Below the pieces are notes generated by a model. It was not told the DNA's origin and ran no database searches. It worked only from the letters and a program-made list of their open reading frames with translations. Shown here piece after piece: positions 61,720 to 64,000 of a stretch of 64,000 nt of DNA; the first letter of the stretch is position 1; each line of letters begins with the position of its first letter. This stretch comes from Octopus sinensis (taxonomy: Eukaryota), in NCBI RefSeq assembly GCF_006345805.1, contig NC_043014.1:13206001-13270000 (forward strand). Direction: 5' to 3'. Made by a program: the position numbers and the translations under genes.

Positions 61720-62260
61720 TCAAAGATTCACAATAAATGGGTGGTTAACGAGTGTTATCCTATGCCTTAGAATAGGTACACTATGTTCTATACAGTACCT
61801 CAGATAATAATGTGCCAGAATAGAAAAATTTTCCTCCTCCTCCTCCTCCTCCTCATCATCATCATGGTCATTGGCACCACCACCATCCCCACCACCATCA
61901 TCATCATCATTGTCATCACCATGCACATGCACAGGCACACACATATATATATACACACAAAAAAAAACATATACATGTAATTCATATACACACACAAAAA
62001 ACATACTCATGCACACATACACGCACATATATGTATATATACATACATATGCACACATACACATACACACATGCACACACACACACATACACACACATGT
62101 ATATTCTGTACCTAATCTCTCTCATATTCACTTTGTACCTTGACTTCCCATCTCGCTCTCTTCCTCTCCCTCCTCTTTCCTTTTCCCTCTCTCACTCTCC
62201 CCTCTCCCTTTCTCTCTCTCTCACTCCTCTATTTTTTCTTTCCCAACTGGGATAGCAATG
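61720..62260. repeat. Compound (CCT)(CAT)(CA)(CT) simple repeats
   Basis: Direct reading from about 61832 onward. Confidence 0.8.
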
Positions 62261-62358
62261 TATCTCCTATACAGCAAGACTTTCTCTCTCTATTTTTACC
62301 CCTCTGTCTTACTTTTAACCTCTCATTACCTGGTACAAAGTCACATTCCTCAATACTA

Positions 62359-63607
62359 CAGGGTCTTGCAGATAAAATGAGACCAATTTTAAGCAGTTGA
62401 CTTAATGGGTTTAACATTTCATTTTTCAGACAAAAGCTTGCTTGAAAATCTAATCTTCCTCTTTATTTTTCAGGTACACAGCGAACTGATTCAACAACAG
62501 AAAGCCACGCAATAATAGAACTATTTCGCCATAGTTGCTTTGGTGTACACCTGGCACACTACCAATAAAATTGTTAAGTTGAAACTTCCAAAAGCATCAG
62601 TTTATCGTGTGTATAAACAATTTAAAGAAGAGGGAAAAATTGATAGCAAAGAATACAAGACTCGAAGTGATTCCAAACGCAATCCAAAGTTTCTCTTTGG
62701 CCTCAAATGCTTGATTGAAGCTAACCCATCTGTGACAACTCTTGCAAAGAAATTCAATGTGTCCCTTTCCATGGTGTCCAGAGTTGTGAACAGAAACATT
62801 GGCATGACTAGCTATGTTCAATGATTCCATCACCTCCTTACAGCCAAAACCAAAGCAATCAGAGCTGAGAGATGCCCAAAGCTTCTGTCATTCATCAAGC
62901 ATCAAGGTGCAGGAAAAATTCTTGTGTTTGTAGATGAGAAGAAGTTCACTGTGGATGCTGAGGTGAAACGCAGAAATTCTAGAGTGATTGCATACAACCC
63001 TTCTGACTTCCCCCACCCCTAAGAACCCTGGCTCTGTGATGGAATTTGGAGCCATGGCAAGTGATGGAAGTGTCATGGATCCACACATCATTAGTTCTGG
63101 CTTGAAGATCAGTACAAAGGAGTATCTGTACATCCTGAAGAACTCTGGTACTTTGGATGGAGCAGAAGTTTGGGTTTGACAAAGAGGCGCTTATCCAGGA
63201 TTCTGTACCATGCCATGGATCAAAAGCAACACAGGCCTTCCTCACATTTTTTGTGAGGGCCAAAATCTGGCCCAGTAATAGCCCAGATCTCAACCTTCTC
63301 ATTTACTTTTTATGGAGCATATTTCAAGCAAGGACCAATGCTTCACCAAACTAAAGTGTCAACAGTTTGGAGACCTGCATTGTGCATGCAACATGCAAAA
63401 TCAAAAAGACAGAGGTTGCAGCAGCTGCAAAAAAATTTCATTCTTTTCTGGATTTTATTCTTGTACCCAAAAGGGCAGTCGTATTGAGTGATAAATGTTT
63501 TTGTTGTAATAAATGTTATCATAAATTATATCTACTACCATTATTTTAGTATTTATAACCAGTTTTGTGTATCATAGAAATTGTCTCAATTTATCTGCAA
63601 GACACTG
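62359..63607 (+). mobile_element. Full-length degenerate Tc1/mariner element, maT (DD37D)-like
   Basis: TA|CAGGGTCTTGCAGATAAAATGAGACCAATTT..AAATTGTCTCAATTTATCTGCAAGACACTG|TA; VFVDEKKF, IQDSVPCH and WPSNSPDLN motifs; stops and frameshifts. Confidence 0.85.
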
Positions 63608-64000
63608 TACTTCCCTTTCCTCAGCTGAAGAGCCTGGTCTTGGGAGTTACTTGTTGACCTCACTGGTGCCAGGACCATGTAAAAAGCACCTAGTACACTC
63701 TGTAAAGTGGTTCCACTCACCTTTTCTATTCCCCCATCTTTATACTTTCTCATACTCAACTTGTACCTTAACTCATGTATTCACTTCTTCAGCAAGGCAC
63801 TTGGTCCTGTCCCTTCATTATACTTTCATATCCCTCAATACTATACACCACTGAATTGAAGGGTTTTGACTAGCAAATACTTGGTGGCTGCGACGGTGCT
63901 GGGGTCATGTAAAAGACATCAAATGAACTTTGATTAGTTTTAGGAAGGGCATCCAACAGCAGAGACTATTCCAAAGCAGACACTGGAGCTCAGCAGAGGT

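Overview
AT-rich, extremely repeat-dense animal genomic DNA. The mix of tRNA-derived SINE families, RTE LINEs with (TGA)n tails and very abundant microsatellites looks like an octopus (coleoid cephalopod) genome; this is an inference from recalled repeat families and was not checked by search. No host gene can be named. The window contains four RTE-clade LINE copies (one full-length but disrupted on the minus strand at 6449-10963, one 5'-truncated copy with a 521-aa RT ORF) and 3' fragments of CR1, Tx1/L1 and R4/Dong-like LINEs. It also holds four Tc1/mariner-superfamily elements (DD41D-like, irritans-like mariner with perfect 37-bp TIRs, maT-like, and a deleted Tc1), a Helitron cluster with a PIF1 helicase remnant, and several foldback MITEs. 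Penelope-like remnants carry hammerhead ribozyme motifs, and there are at least four SINE families and many simple repeats. Almost all other ORFs in the track are microsatellite or antisense artefacts. Several splice-bounded open frames in unique DNA may be exons of an unidentified minus-strand gene. The most notable observations are a C4HC3 (PHD-type) finger inside the RTE reverse transcriptase, several hammerhead motifs (one with an intact core, two sharing a non-canonical CUGUNGA core), two non-LTR fragments each embedded in a single microsatellite type, head-to-tail Helitron arrays and a near-perfect 96-bp hairpin.
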